Below are positions 9,081 to 18,392 of a stretch of 64,000 nucleotides of DNA, piece after piece. The notes under the pieces are model-generated. The model was not told the origin of the DNA. It did no database searches and saw nothing but the letters and a program-made list of their open reading frames with translations. The first letter of the stretch is position 1, and each line of letters opens with the position of its first letter. A program made the position numbers and the translations under genes. Source of the DNA: Pseudomonadota bacterium (lineage in GTDB: Bacteria > UBA10199 > 2-02-FULL-44-16 > DYJF01); assembly GCA_043823065.1 (NCBI GenBank), contig JBDRBB010000008.1, forward strand, positions 256,554 through 320,553, written 5' to 3'.

Positions 9081-10457
9081 ATGTTAGCTAAAAACGACAT
9101 TGCTGGTTTTTTTGCTGAACCAGAGAATTTAGATCTGGAACAGTATATTATTCAGACCTATTATTTTGAAACTACTGCTAATCCTGAACTGGCAGCAGCA
9201 GGTTTGGCCAGTGAGCAAAGCACTGCCCAATGGAAGCGGCCTCAGGTTGCAGAAGATCTTAGGAAAAAGTTTGGCGCAAAAGTGATTGGTTTGGATGTGT
9301 TAGAGGTTTCAGATCAACCGCATGTTTTAACTTCATTTACTCAAGCAGAGAAATATTCACGCTGTGTAGCGCGCCTGGCTCATCCTATTCAAAATTTTGG
9401 CACAAAAATTCCTAATTTACTTACTGCTGTTTGCGGAGAGGGCGCTTTTCATGCCCCGGAAATTACCTATATCAAGTTAATGGATTTGGGTTTTCCCCAG
9501 TCTTTTCTGGCAGATTTTCAAGGCCCGCAGTTTGGCTTGCAAGGTTTGAAAAAAATTCTGCAAGCTGAAGATAGACCTATCTTTATGGGTGTGGTTAAAC
9601 CTAATATTGGTTTGCCTGCCCAAGACTTTGCTGACATTGCCTATCAAAGTTTGCTGGGGGGATTAGACATTGCCAAAGATGATGAAATGCAGGCTGATTG
9701 TGCAAACTCTCCTTTGATTGAACGAGCCAAATTAATGAAACAAAAAGTTGCAGAAGCTGCCCAAAAAACAGGGGAGCCAAAAATCTTTTTGGCCAATATC
9801 ACAGATGAAGTTGATCGTTTGCTAGAGCTGCATGATTTGGCAGTGGAAAACGGGGCTGGTGCGGTAATGGTTAATAGCATGACTGTTGGTCTTTCAGCTT
9901 TGCGCATGCTTAGAAAACACGCTACAGTGCCCATTGTAGGTCATTTTGATTTTATCGCTCCCTTTGCCCGCTTGTCATTTTTTGGCGTTTCCCAATTGGT
10001 GATTAACAAGCTGCAACGCTTAACTGGTTGCGATGCTATTATCATGCCTGGTTTTGGTCGGCGCATGTTGGTGGAAGAAGAAGAAGTAAAAGCAAATGCT
10101 CAGGCTTGTTTAGCTACTATGGGTGAAGTAAAAAGAACTCTGCCCATTCCTGGCGGTAGTGATTGGGCAGGCACTTTGCCAGTTTTATATGAAAAATTAC
10201 GCACCCTAGATTTTGGTTTTGTGCTTGGCCGCGGCGTGTTTGATCATCCCCAGGGAGCAGCTGCTGGCGCTAGAAGTATTAGGCAGGCTTGGCAAGCCAT
10301 AGTGAATCGCCTTTCTTTGCAGGAATTTGCCAAAGATCATGTGGAATTAAGACAAGCAATAGAAGTTTTTGGGAAAGGTATAAGCCATGATGAAAAAACT
10401 AATTTTTATCATCAGCTTGACGCTGATCGCGTTGATTTCTTTAAAGGCACAAGCTGA
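9081..10457 (+). CDS. rlp: RubisCO-like protein (form IV, resembling the IV-Photo/Chlorobium type)
   Basis: SEQSTAQW, GVVKPNIGL (KPN rather than KPK), GGLDIAKDDE, IMPGFGxRM loop 6, PGGSD, GRGVFxHP. Confidence 0.93.
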   Translation: MLAKNDIAGFFAEPENLDLEQYIIQTYYFETTANPELAAAGLASEQSTAQWKRPQVAEDLRKKFGAKVIGLDVLEVSDQPHVLTSFTQAEKYSRCVARLAHPIQNFGTKIPNLLTAVCGEGAFHAPEITYIKLMDLGFPQSFLADFQGPQFGLQGLKKILQAEDRPIFMGVVKPNIGLPAQDFADIAYQSLLGGLDIAKDDEMQADCANSPLIERAKLMKQKVAEAAQKTGEPKIFLANITDEVDRLLELHDLAVENGAGAVMVNSMTVGLSALRMLRKHATVPIVGHFDFIAPFARLSFFGVSQLVINKLQRLTGCDAIIMPGFGRRMLVEEEEVKANAQACLATMGEVKRTLPIPGGSDWAGTLPVLYEKLRTLDFGFVLGRGVFDHPQGAAAGARSIRQAWQAIVNRLSLQEFAKDHVELRQAIEVFGKGISHDEKTNFYHQLDADRVDFFKGTS

Positions 10458-10962
10458 TTTATTGGAAAAAAACTTTCCTGCAGCAACGCCTAGCAGAGGT
10501 TTGGAAACTGCGGCAGTTGATTTAGATCCAGCTACAATTAATGGTTATGTAGTGGTGATGAAAGAAGGCATTCCAGCTGAGCAGGCCCAATTTTATATAA
10601 GTTGGGGAGATTATGATTATCGCGCTTCAAAGGTTGAAGACGGCAAAATTAAGACCAGACGCGGCAAGATTTATACTTTTCTTCAACCAGGCGATATCAT
10701 GGCCGTGGTTAATACCATAAAATTTGGCCAGAGATTTAATATAAGATTGATTTCACCTACACCATATGTGCCGCTTGATCGGCCTAAAGATAAAAGGCAT
10801 TCCAGAGTTACTTGTTCAGTAGGATTTAAATTGCCCAAAAATGAACAACAAGGTCTAGCTACAATCGAGAAGTGGTTAAAGCCATTTGCCAATTACAATG
10901 ACGCCAAAGATTATGCTGAAGGCTTAAAGCGAGCGCAAAAAACAATCTATCACAGTTTGTAA
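10387..10962 (+). CDS. Exported hypothetical protein
   Basis: Signal peptide MKKLIFII...AQA; overlaps rlp 3' end and the convergent gene. Confidence 0.7.
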   Translation: MMKKLIFIISLTLIALISLKAQADLLEKNFPAATPSRGLETAAVDLDPATINGYVVVMKEGIPAEQAQFYISWGDYDYRASKVEDGKIKTRRGKIYTFLQPGDIMAVVNTIKFGQRFNIRLISPTPYVPLDRPKDKRHSRVTCSVGFKLPKNEQQGLATIEKWLKPFANYNDAKDYAEGLKRAQKTIYHSL

Positions 10963-12246
10963 ATTTGGCTCGCCCATTTCTTCTAATTCATAGCGCACAC
11001 GCAAAGCAGGTTTATCAAATTTAATCACCCGCCTTAAATCAATGGGGCTACCTACCAAGACTAAATCCGCAGGCGTGGCTCTAATGGTTTCTTCTAATTC
11101 TTTGAGCTGATCTTCATAATAACCCAGAGCTGGAACCAGCTTGCCTAATTGAGGAAATTTGGTGTAAGCCTCTTTGATAGAACCCACAGCATAAGGTCTG
11201 GGATCAACAGTTTCTGCTGCTTCGCATTCATCAGCGCAAACCATGCCTGCGCCATAGCTCATGCCGCCATGAGTTAGAGTAGGGCCGTCTTCAATTACTA
11301 AAACTTTTTTTCCTCTAATTTGCTCTGGCTCATCAACGGTAATTTGCGAATCACCCTTAATCACTTTAGCCGTAGGATTGCAGATTTTTATATTTTCTAG
11401 CAAGGTATTTAGCTGCTCAGCAGAAGCTTGTTTATATTTGTTGATAACCAATACATCAGCAGTTAAAAAGTTGACCTCTCCTGGATAAAAGCTTCGTTCA
11501 TGACCAGGACGCAAAGGATCCAGCACGGTGATTTCCAAATCTGATTTTAAAAATGGCGTGTCGTTGTTGCCACCATCCCAGATAATGATGTCAGCCTCTT
11601 TTTCAGCTTGGCGGGTAATTGCTTCATAATCTACGCCAGAATAAATTACCAAACCGCGATCAATGTATGGTTCGTATTCTTCGCGTTCCTCAATGGTGCA
11701 TTCATGTTTATCCAAATCTTCATAAGAGGCGAATCTTTGTACAGCCTGTTTGGCCAAATCGCCATAGGGCATGGGGTGGCGAATAGCTACAACATTTTTG
11801 CCCATTTTCTTTAAGATAGACACCAGCTTGCGGGAAGTCTGGCTTTTGCCGCAACCAGTTCTGATAGCGCAAACTGAAATAACAGGACAGGCTGCTTTGA
11901 TCTGGGTTTTATCTGGAGTGAGCAGGGCATAATTGGCACCTGCAGCCATGGCTTCACAACCTTTTTGCATTACATATTGGTGAGAAACATCGCTATAAGA
12001 AAAAATCACCAAATCAATTTTATGTTCCTTAATCAGTTTGGTTAAATCTGTTTCCGGTAAAATCGGAATGCCATTTGGATAAAGTTTTCCGGAAAGTTCT
12101 GGCGGATATCTACGGTCTTCAATATTGGGAATTTGAGTGGCTGTAAAAACAACTACTTCATAATTTGCATTATTGCGAAAATAGGTGTTGAAATTGTGAA
12201 AATCCCGGCCTGCTGCACCCATAATTAAAACTTTTTGTTTCTTCAT
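10924..12246 (-). CDS. arcE: COG2403 P-loop enzyme (cyclic 2,3-diphosphoglycerate synthetase-like; probable arginine synthetase ArcE)
   Basis: MGAAGRDFHNFN, RTGCGKSQTSR, RHPMPYGDL, CTIEEREEYE, WDGGNND, EDGPTLTHGGM. Confidence 0.75.
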   Translation of the reverse strand: MKKQKVLIMGAAGRDFHNFNTYFRNNANYEVVVFTATQIPNIEDRRYPPELSGKLYPNGIPILPETDLTKLIKEHKIDLVIFSYSDVSHQYVMQKGCEAMAAGANYALLTPDKTQIKAACPVISVCAIRTGCGKSQTSRKLVSILKKMGKNVVAIRHPMPYGDLAKQAVQRFASYEDLDKHECTIEEREEYEPYIDRGLVIYSGVDYEAITRQAEKEADIIIWDGGNNDTPFLKSDLEITVLDPLRPGHERSFYPGEVNFLTADVLVINKYKQASAEQLNTLLENIKICNPTAKVIKGDSQITVDEPEQIRGKKVLVIEDGPTLTHGGMSYGAGMVCADECEAAETVDPRPYAVGSIKEAYTKFPQLGKLVPALGYYEDQLKELEETIRATPADLVLVGSPIDLRRVIKFDKPALRVRYELEEMGEPNLQTVIDCFLRSL

Positions 12247-12247
12247 C

Positions 12248-13711
12248 CTATCTCCTCTGTTTTTTCTTGCTTCTGATTTTCTCATATAATTCAATATATT
12301 CTTCAGCTGAGCGATTCCAGGAGAAATCAGTTTTCATGGCATTTAAGATCAACTTTTTAAAAGTTTTTTGATCTCTAAACGTGGTTAAACTTTTGTTTAG
12401 GGTTTTGATAAATTCCTGGGCATCATATTTCTGGAATTTAAAACCATTACCCTTGAGCGTATTTTTATTAAATGGTGTGACTGAATCGTCCAGTCCGCCA
12501 GTGGCGCGAACAACTGGAATAGTGCCGTATTTCATACTGATCATTTGATTTAAGCCGCAGGGTTCATATCTGGAAGGCATTAAAAAGAAGTCAGATCCAG
12601 CCTCGATTAAATGCGCCAGGCTATTATCGAATTTTAGGGCCACACCAACATCTTTGGGATATTTTTGGGCCAGGGTTTGAAAAAGTTCATGGTAATGCGG
12701 CTCGCCAGTTCCCAAAACAACAACCTGAACGTTGGCTTTAATCAGGCTGGGAATAACATCTTCTAATAGATCAAAACCTTTCTGTGTGGCTAAACGGGAG
12801 ATAATACCCATTATAGGAACATCTTTGCGCACTGGAAGTTTAAAGCACTTTTGCAGCTCAGTGCGACAAGCGTCTTTACCCTTTAATTCTTTAGCAGAAT
12901 ATTTTTTGGGAATAAGCTTATCTGTGGCAGGATCCCAATGACTATAATCAATTCCATTTAAGATGCCGACAATGTCTTTTTTGCGCTCATGCAACACTGC
13001 TTCCAAGCCGCAACCATATTCAGGAGTTAGTATTTCTTGGGCATATTTTTTGCTAACCGTGGTTATTTTATCGGCAAAAACTATTCCAGCTTTGAGAAAA
13101 TTAATTTTTCCGTAAAATTCCAGTTTATCAAAGGTAAATAAACTCCAATCCAGATTAAGCATTGGCATGTCCATATGTTCGAATAAACCTTGATAACCTA
13201 AATTATGAATGGTTAGCACGGTCTTAACATTTTTTAAGGCAGGATTGTTTTTATATAAGGTTTTTAAATATACAGGAACCAAGGCTGCTTGCCAGTCGTG
13301 ACAGTGAATCAAATCGCACTTGGTTTTGAATGAAGCAATTAATTCCAAAGCTGCTTTAGCAAAGAAAGAAAAACGCTCGGAATTATCTGGATAGTCTCCT
13401 GCTTTGGTTTGATACAGGTATTCACGATCAAAATAAGCTGGTTGTTGAATAAAAAACACTTCAACATTTTTAGACAAAGAAGTTTGAAAAATTTTGCCTG
13501 CAACTTTTTTATCGCCAACTGGAACAGTGACAGTTTGTTTTAAGGATTTTATGCCAAAAGTTTTAGCCGAGATGCTGTTGTAAAAAGGCATAATTATAGC
13601 CACCTTAACTCCAGCTTGGCCTAAAGCCTTGGGCAAGGTGCCAGCTACATCTGCCAAACCGCCTGTTTTGGCGAATGGCACCACTTCTGATGATATAAAG
13701 GCAATTTTCAT
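12248..13711 (-). CDS. glgA: Glycogen synthase
   Basis: KTGGLADV, HCHDWQ, PSRYEPCGLNQM. Confidence 0.97.
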   Translation of the reverse strand: MKIAFISSEVVPFAKTGGLADVAGTLPKALGQAGVKVAIIMPFYNSISAKTFGIKSLKQTVTVPVGDKKVAGKIFQTSLSKNVEVFFIQQPAYFDREYLYQTKAGDYPDNSERFSFFAKAALELIASFKTKCDLIHCHDWQAALVPVYLKTLYKNNPALKNVKTVLTIHNLGYQGLFEHMDMPMLNLDWSLFTFDKLEFYGKINFLKAGIVFADKITTVSKKYAQEILTPEYGCGLEAVLHERKKDIVGILNGIDYSHWDPATDKLIPKKYSAKELKGKDACRTELQKCFKLPVRKDVPIMGIISRLATQKGFDLLEDVIPSLIKANVQVVVLGTGEPHYHELFQTLAQKYPKDVGVALKFDNSLAHLIEAGSDFFLMPSRYEPCGLNQMISMKYGTIPVVRATGGLDDSVTPFNKNTLKGNGFKFQKYDAQEFIKTLNKSLTTFRDQKTFKKLILNAMKTDFSWNRSAEEYIELYEKIRSKKKQRR

Positions 13712-13736
13712 ATAGTTATCCCCCCAATAATTTTAA

Positions 13737-14741
13737 TTATAATTGTCGTAAATATTCTGCTGCAGCTTCTGGCGCTGTAGGACAAATATAAAAACCAGAA
13801 CCACGTTCAAAACCAGCCACGCGAGTTACCCGAGGTGTTAATTCAATGTGCCAATGATAATAGGGCAAATCTGGCATGGCAATTGGCGAAGAATGCAACA
13901 TAAAATTATAAGCAGGTTGATCTAAGGCCTTGTCTAGTTTTTGCAAAGTTTTTTGGAACAGATCACTTAAATTTTGAATTTCATGCTTAGTAGCATCTTC
14001 AAAATGGGCATCATGCCTTTTAGGCAGAATCCACATTTCAAAAGGAAAACGCGGGGCAAAAGGACAAATGGTGATAAAATCATCATTTTCCATTACAATG
14101 CGTCTTTTATCATTTAGTTCCTGCTGCACGATATCGCAATATAGGCAGCGTTCTTTATATTCATAAAACTCTTTTGAACCCTGCATTTCTTCCATTACTG
14201 CTTTAGGAATAATAGGCAAGGCAATAAGTTGGGAATGCGGATGTTCTAAGCTGGCGCCAGCGCGATAGCCATGATTTTTAAATATTAGCACATAGCGAAA
14301 GCGTTTGTCTTTTTTAAGATCCATGATGCGATCGCGATACGACCAAAGCACATCTTGGAACTGATTTTCCGGCATAGTTGAAAGAGTAGCGTTGTGATCT
14401 GGAGTTTCAATAATGACTTCGTGAGCGCCTATGCCGTTCATCATATCATATAACCCAGCGCCCCGACGGTTCAACTCGCCTTCAATGCCCAAGGCAGGAA
14501 ATTTATTGGGTATAACGCGCAGATTCCAGCCTGGGGTGTTGGCATCTCCTTCTTTGCGATAGGCTAATACTTCTTTGGGAGTTGCGTGTTCATTGCCAAA
14601 GCAAAAGGGGCAAGGCCTGGAAGGGGTTTCGTTTGGTTTTTTAGAATCTGTTTCTTGTTTAAAATCTGTAGGTCGTTGTGATCTTTCAGTGGAAATAATG
14701 ACCCAGCGGCCAACTACAGGATCCTTGCGAAGTTCAGGCAT
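13737..14741 (-). CDS. galT: Galactose-1-phosphate uridylyltransferase family (GalT-like)
   Basis: MPELRKDP, CPFC, NKFPAL, GASLEHPHSQ (HxHxQ). Confidence 0.92.
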   Translation of the reverse strand: MPELRKDPVVGRWVIISTERSQRPTDFKQETDSKKPNETPSRPCPFCFGNEHATPKEVLAYRKEGDANTPGWNLRVIPNKFPALGIEGELNRRGAGLYDMMNGIGAHEVIIETPDHNATLSTMPENQFQDVLWSYRDRIMDLKKDKRFRYVLIFKNHGYRAGASLEHPHSQLIALPIIPKAVMEEMQGSKEFYEYKERCLYCDIVQQELNDKRRIVMENDDFITICPFAPRFPFEMWILPKRHDAHFEDATKHEIQNLSDLFQKTLQKLDKALDQPAYNFMLHSSPIAMPDLPYYHWHIELTPRVTRVAGFERGSGFYICPTAPEAAAEYLRQL

Positions 14742-14784
14742 AGTATTTAACCTCCTAAAATATAGAAAATACGAGCAAAAAGCT

Positions 14785-16896
14785 CTACAGTTTTTCTAAG
14801 GAAATGCCAACCGAAAATTTTGTAAGATTTGACCAACTTAAGATGATTTTGGAACCTTGATATAAATGATCAAAGCCTTTTTCTGATTGGGAAACGGTCT
14901 CAATAGGCCAGAAAGTGCAAAAACAAGCTGGTTCGGCATTTAAGGCCACTTTGAAACCAAAGGCTTCGTCAATTAAATTCAAATCAGTTAAATCATTTAG
15001 TTTTTTATTAGCATCCAACATAACTTTTTTGGAATTAGGTTCCATGTTTTTCCATTGGTAATATCTTTGCTCATTATGTCCTGCTAAAAGAGACATGTTA
15101 AGCTCAGTGGCAAACACAAAGTTCGGTTGCTCTTGCTTTTCAAATTCCAAAAGATAATTAACCACCATGGAGTTTGGAGCAACTATGTTAAATTCCTTGG
15201 TCAAATAAACTGCTTGTTCATGATCCAGATTGCTCTGGGCTTTTAAGATTATTTCCGCTTTTTTGCCCAGGTTTTTATGATTCACTATTTGGAATTTTTT
15301 CTTGCCAAAATCAGCTAAAGGTTCTTGCAGGTTTTTTTGCACTTCTTTCCAATCTAGATCAGCAGGAAAGATATGGTCTATTAAAGAAAAGGAAGGATAT
15401 TTATCATAAATTAATTCGCCAATTTTCTGAATGTCTTTTTTAATTTCATGGATAGAAGGAATATTGCCATTGCCTTGCTCGCTCTTTTTTTGAGCATCTG
15501 CTGGGTGATGATATGCTTCAAAACGACGCGCCAAGGTATTTTGCACGTTAAAATTAGCAGGACGATAGGATAGTTCAGAAATAGAGCCGCCGTTATTAGG
15601 AAAGATCATGGCTTGCATAACCGGGGTGCGAATAATTATTTCATCAGTATGGTCAAAATTAAGATCTGTTAGTTCTACATCAAGATAATTTTGTTCTGGT
15701 CGCAAGTAAGCATCAATTATATTTTCAGCTTTAATCAGGTTTTCATAAATTCCATGTCGCAAATGACTTAAATATAGGCCACCAAATAGTCCGTGCCAAT
15801 AAGCGCAATTGCATTGGCCTTGATAAAGCGCTTGGCGAGCAGCTGGCAATTTATGGCCCTTGGCTTCTGCTTCATCTAAACGATTGGATACATAAAGCAT
15901 TTTTTTATGCATCAGGTTGCTTTCCGGATATTTGGAAAGAAAATTGTCAAAAAATCCACCACGCAAAAAAGGAGCTGCTAATTCCCACATGCCGCTTTTT
16001 TTAAGAATCTCTTGGGCTTGTTGAAAGCGAAAGATGGCATCTGCTGGCATGGCCCATTCCAGCATTTCGCGGTAGGAAGCAGTTGGCAGATAAATGGTTT
16101 TTTCTGGAGGACGCTCAGCCATGAATTCGGAAAAAGTGGTAGTTTTAATCCGATCCTGGTTATCAGTTAAAGCTGAAAAAAAGTTTTCCAGCCAGCCTTT
16201 TTTGATTACCCACTCATGGGTGCCTGGCCAAACTCCAAACTTTTCACCATCATCGCCATAGGTAATGCCCACATTAGGAGCAGCTTCAGCTAAAGATAAG
16301 AGATGGCCAACAACTTCTTCCACAGGTTTAAATGGAATTAGATAGCGCAATCTTTGGTCGCTGGGAAAGATGGCTACAGTTTTGCCAGCTCTTTCTGTGA
16401 GATAATAATTAAGCAGGGTAGGATCTGTTAAGCCAGCATGGCGAAAATGTTCATCATCTAAAATTGTATAAGCTAGGCCAGCATCATAAATTACCGAGGC
16501 CAGAGAAGGTTCCCAAACGCGTTCAGCCAGCCACATACCTTTGGGAGTTACTTGGGCCTGTTTTTGCCAAAACTTTTGCATCATTTGAATTTGGCCCAGG
16601 GCATCTGTTGTTTTTAAGATGGGTAGAATAGGTTCATAATAACCGCCACCCATGATTTCAATTTGCCCGCGAGTGACTAGCCTGACCAGAGTTGGCAGAT
16701 AATCATTTTCATGAGCTAAAGCCCAATCTAGAAGTGGACCTGAATGATGCAAAGAAATTTTTATGGCTGGATATTTTTCTAAAATGTTCAAAAAAGGCCA
16801 ATAGCATTTTTGAAACGCTTCGCTAAATACCTGGCCAAAATTACCTACTGGTTGATGATGATGAATTCCTAATAGTAGGTTAACAGTTTTAGACAT
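14785..16896 (-). CDS. GH57 alpha-amylase/4-alpha-glucanotransferase
   Basis: HHHQPVGN, GMWLAERVWEP, GDDGEKFG, YWHGLFGGLY. Confidence 0.92.
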   Translation of the reverse strand: MSKTVNLLLGIHHHQPVGNFGQVFSEAFQKCYWPFLNILEKYPAIKISLHHSGPLLDWALAHENDYLPTLVRLVTRGQIEIMGGGYYEPILPILKTTDALGQIQMMQKFWQKQAQVTPKGMWLAERVWEPSLASVIYDAGLAYTILDDEHFRHAGLTDPTLLNYYLTERAGKTVAIFPSDQRLRYLIPFKPVEEVVGHLLSLAEAAPNVGITYGDDGEKFGVWPGTHEWVIKKGWLENFFSALTDNQDRIKTTTFSEFMAERPPEKTIYLPTASYREMLEWAMPADAIFRFQQAQEILKKSGMWELAAPFLRGGFFDNFLSKYPESNLMHKKMLYVSNRLDEAEAKGHKLPAARQALYQGQCNCAYWHGLFGGLYLSHLRHGIYENLIKAENIIDAYLRPEQNYLDVELTDLNFDHTDEIIIRTPVMQAMIFPNNGGSISELSYRPANFNVQNTLARRFEAYHHPADAQKKSEQGNGNIPSIHEIKKDIQKIGELIYDKYPSFSLIDHIFPADLDWKEVQKNLQEPLADFGKKKFQIVNHKNLGKKAEIILKAQSNLDHEQAVYLTKEFNIVAPNSMVVNYLLEFEKQEQPNFVFATELNMSLLAGHNEQRYYQWKNMEPNSKKVMLDANKKLNDLTDLNLIDEAFGFKVALNAEPACFCTFWPIETVSQSEKGFDHLYQGSKIILSWSNLTKFSVGISLEKL

Positions 16897-16910
16897 AAGG
16901 TCCTCTTAAG

Positions 16911-18140
16911 CTATTCTAGCTTGGCGTCTTTGGGAATTACAACTATGCCTTCTGGAGAAACAGTGAACCGTTTTTTATCCTTTTCTAAATCATAACCAAT
17001 TTCCATCTTTGGCGGAATTGTAACATTTTTATCAATAATTGCCCTTCTAATCTTGGCATACCGTCCAACATTTACATTATCAAATAGAATAGATTCTTCT
17101 ACCTCAGCAAAGCTGTTGATGCGCACGCGTGGTGAAAGCACAGATCTTTGAATTCTGCCGCCGCTGATAATAACGCCATCGCACACCATAGAATCTGTAG
17201 CCATACCAATTCTTTTGGAAGTTTCATCTGCAAATACAAATTTTGCTGGCGGATGGGTTTCCCGGGCAGTATGAATGGGCCAGTCATAATTATATAAATT
17301 AAAAACCGGGGAAACTGAAACTAAATCAAGCGAAGACTGCCAGTATTGATCAATGCTACCTACATCGCGCCAATATCCTTTTTCTTTTTCTGTAATGCCA
17401 GGTATTTTGTTTGTATCTAAATTATAAACCATTACCTTGGTTTGTTTATAAATGGCTGGAATAATGTTCTTGCCAAAATCATGTTTGGAATCTTTGTTTT
17501 GGGCATCAGCCAGAATAGCTTGTTTAAGGATGCTGGTTTTAAAAACATAAATACCAGCAGAGCAATAGGCATAATCTGGGTTGCCTGGCATGGCTGGTGG
17601 CTGGTTGGGTTTTTCCTGAAAATCAATCATTCTGGAGTTTTCATCTGCAGCAATAACGCCAAAATTAGAGGCAATGGCTAAGGGTTGGGGGGTGGCGGCA
17701 ATAGTAACATCAGCAGCATTGTTATCATGAAATTTTAGTAGCTGACGCATATCCATGCGATAGATTTGATCGCCACTTAAGATCAATACCGGATCAGCTT
17801 TGGCGTTTTCAATATGATGCAAATTTTGATAAACCGCGTCAGCGCTTCCTTTATACCAAGAACCGCCAGTGCGCATTTGCGCCGGCACAGCATCTATGAA
17901 TTGATCTAGGATTACCGGCAAGTACCATCCTTGTTTTAGGTGGCGCAGTAGGGAATCAGCTTTGAATTGAGTTAACACTTTTATTTTAAGTAGGCCGGAA
18001 TTTACCAGATTGGATAAGACAAAATCAATAATACGATAATGACCACCAAATGGAACAGCTGGTTTGGTGCGCTCATTAGTTAAGGGTCGCAGGCGTTCCC
18101 CTTGACCGCCAGCCAAGACTATAGAGATTGGATTGGGCAT
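16911..18140 (-). CDS. glgC: Glucose-1-phosphate adenylyltransferase
   Basis: LAGGQGERLRPLT, KPAVPFGG, DFGKNIIP, YWRDVG, C-terminal left-handed beta-helix. Confidence 0.97.
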   Translation of the reverse strand: MPNPISIVLAGGQGERLRPLTNERTKPAVPFGGHYRIIDFVLSNLVNSGLLKIKVLTQFKADSLLRHLKQGWYLPVILDQFIDAVPAQMRTGGSWYKGSADAVYQNLHHIENAKADPVLILSGDQIYRMDMRQLLKFHDNNAADVTIAATPQPLAIASNFGVIAADENSRMIDFQEKPNQPPAMPGNPDYAYCSAGIYVFKTSILKQAILADAQNKDSKHDFGKNIIPAIYKQTKVMVYNLDTNKIPGITEKEKGYWRDVGSIDQYWQSSLDLVSVSPVFNLYNYDWPIHTARETHPPAKFVFADETSKRIGMATDSMVCDGVIISGGRIQRSVLSPRVRINSFAEVEESILFDNVNVGRYAKIRRAIIDKNVTIPPKMEIGYDLEKDKKRFTVSPEGIVVIPKDAKLE

Positions 18141-18256
18141 AACTTATTAAAATATTTGTTCTTTTAAGCAGACAAGTAGTGGATATAATAAATAACTTCA
18201 GATGGCAACAGCTAATCATTAACCAGTTATTTTTATTGATAAAACCTCAAAAAAGT

Positions 18257-18285
18257 GCACAACTTTTTAAAATATATGCCGATAA
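18257..18285 (+). promoter_or_regulatory. Sigma-28-like promoter, copy 2 (GCACAAC-N14-GCCGATAA)
   Basis: Same two boxes and 14-nt spacer as at 2463. Confidence 0.6.
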
Positions 18286-18298
18286 GTTTAGGTGATTT

Positions 18299-18369
18299 TT
18301 CTCGACAAGCTCGAAGAATAAAAATGATCTAGAAGAATAAAAATGATATTGTTCGAGCTTAGTCGAGAA
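18299..18369. repeat. Palindromic REP-like element with internal 16-bp direct repeat
   Basis: ttctcgacaagctcgaa / ttcgagcttagtcgagaa arms; gaagaataaaaatgat twice in the loop. Confidence 0.75.
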
Positions 18370-18392
18370 CATTATTATAAAAGGGGAAATTT

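Noticed and set aside
9081..10457. CO2-fixing RubisCO / Calvin cycle
   Set aside because: Form IV substitutions (KPN, loop-6 Arg); no rbcS or prk nearby.
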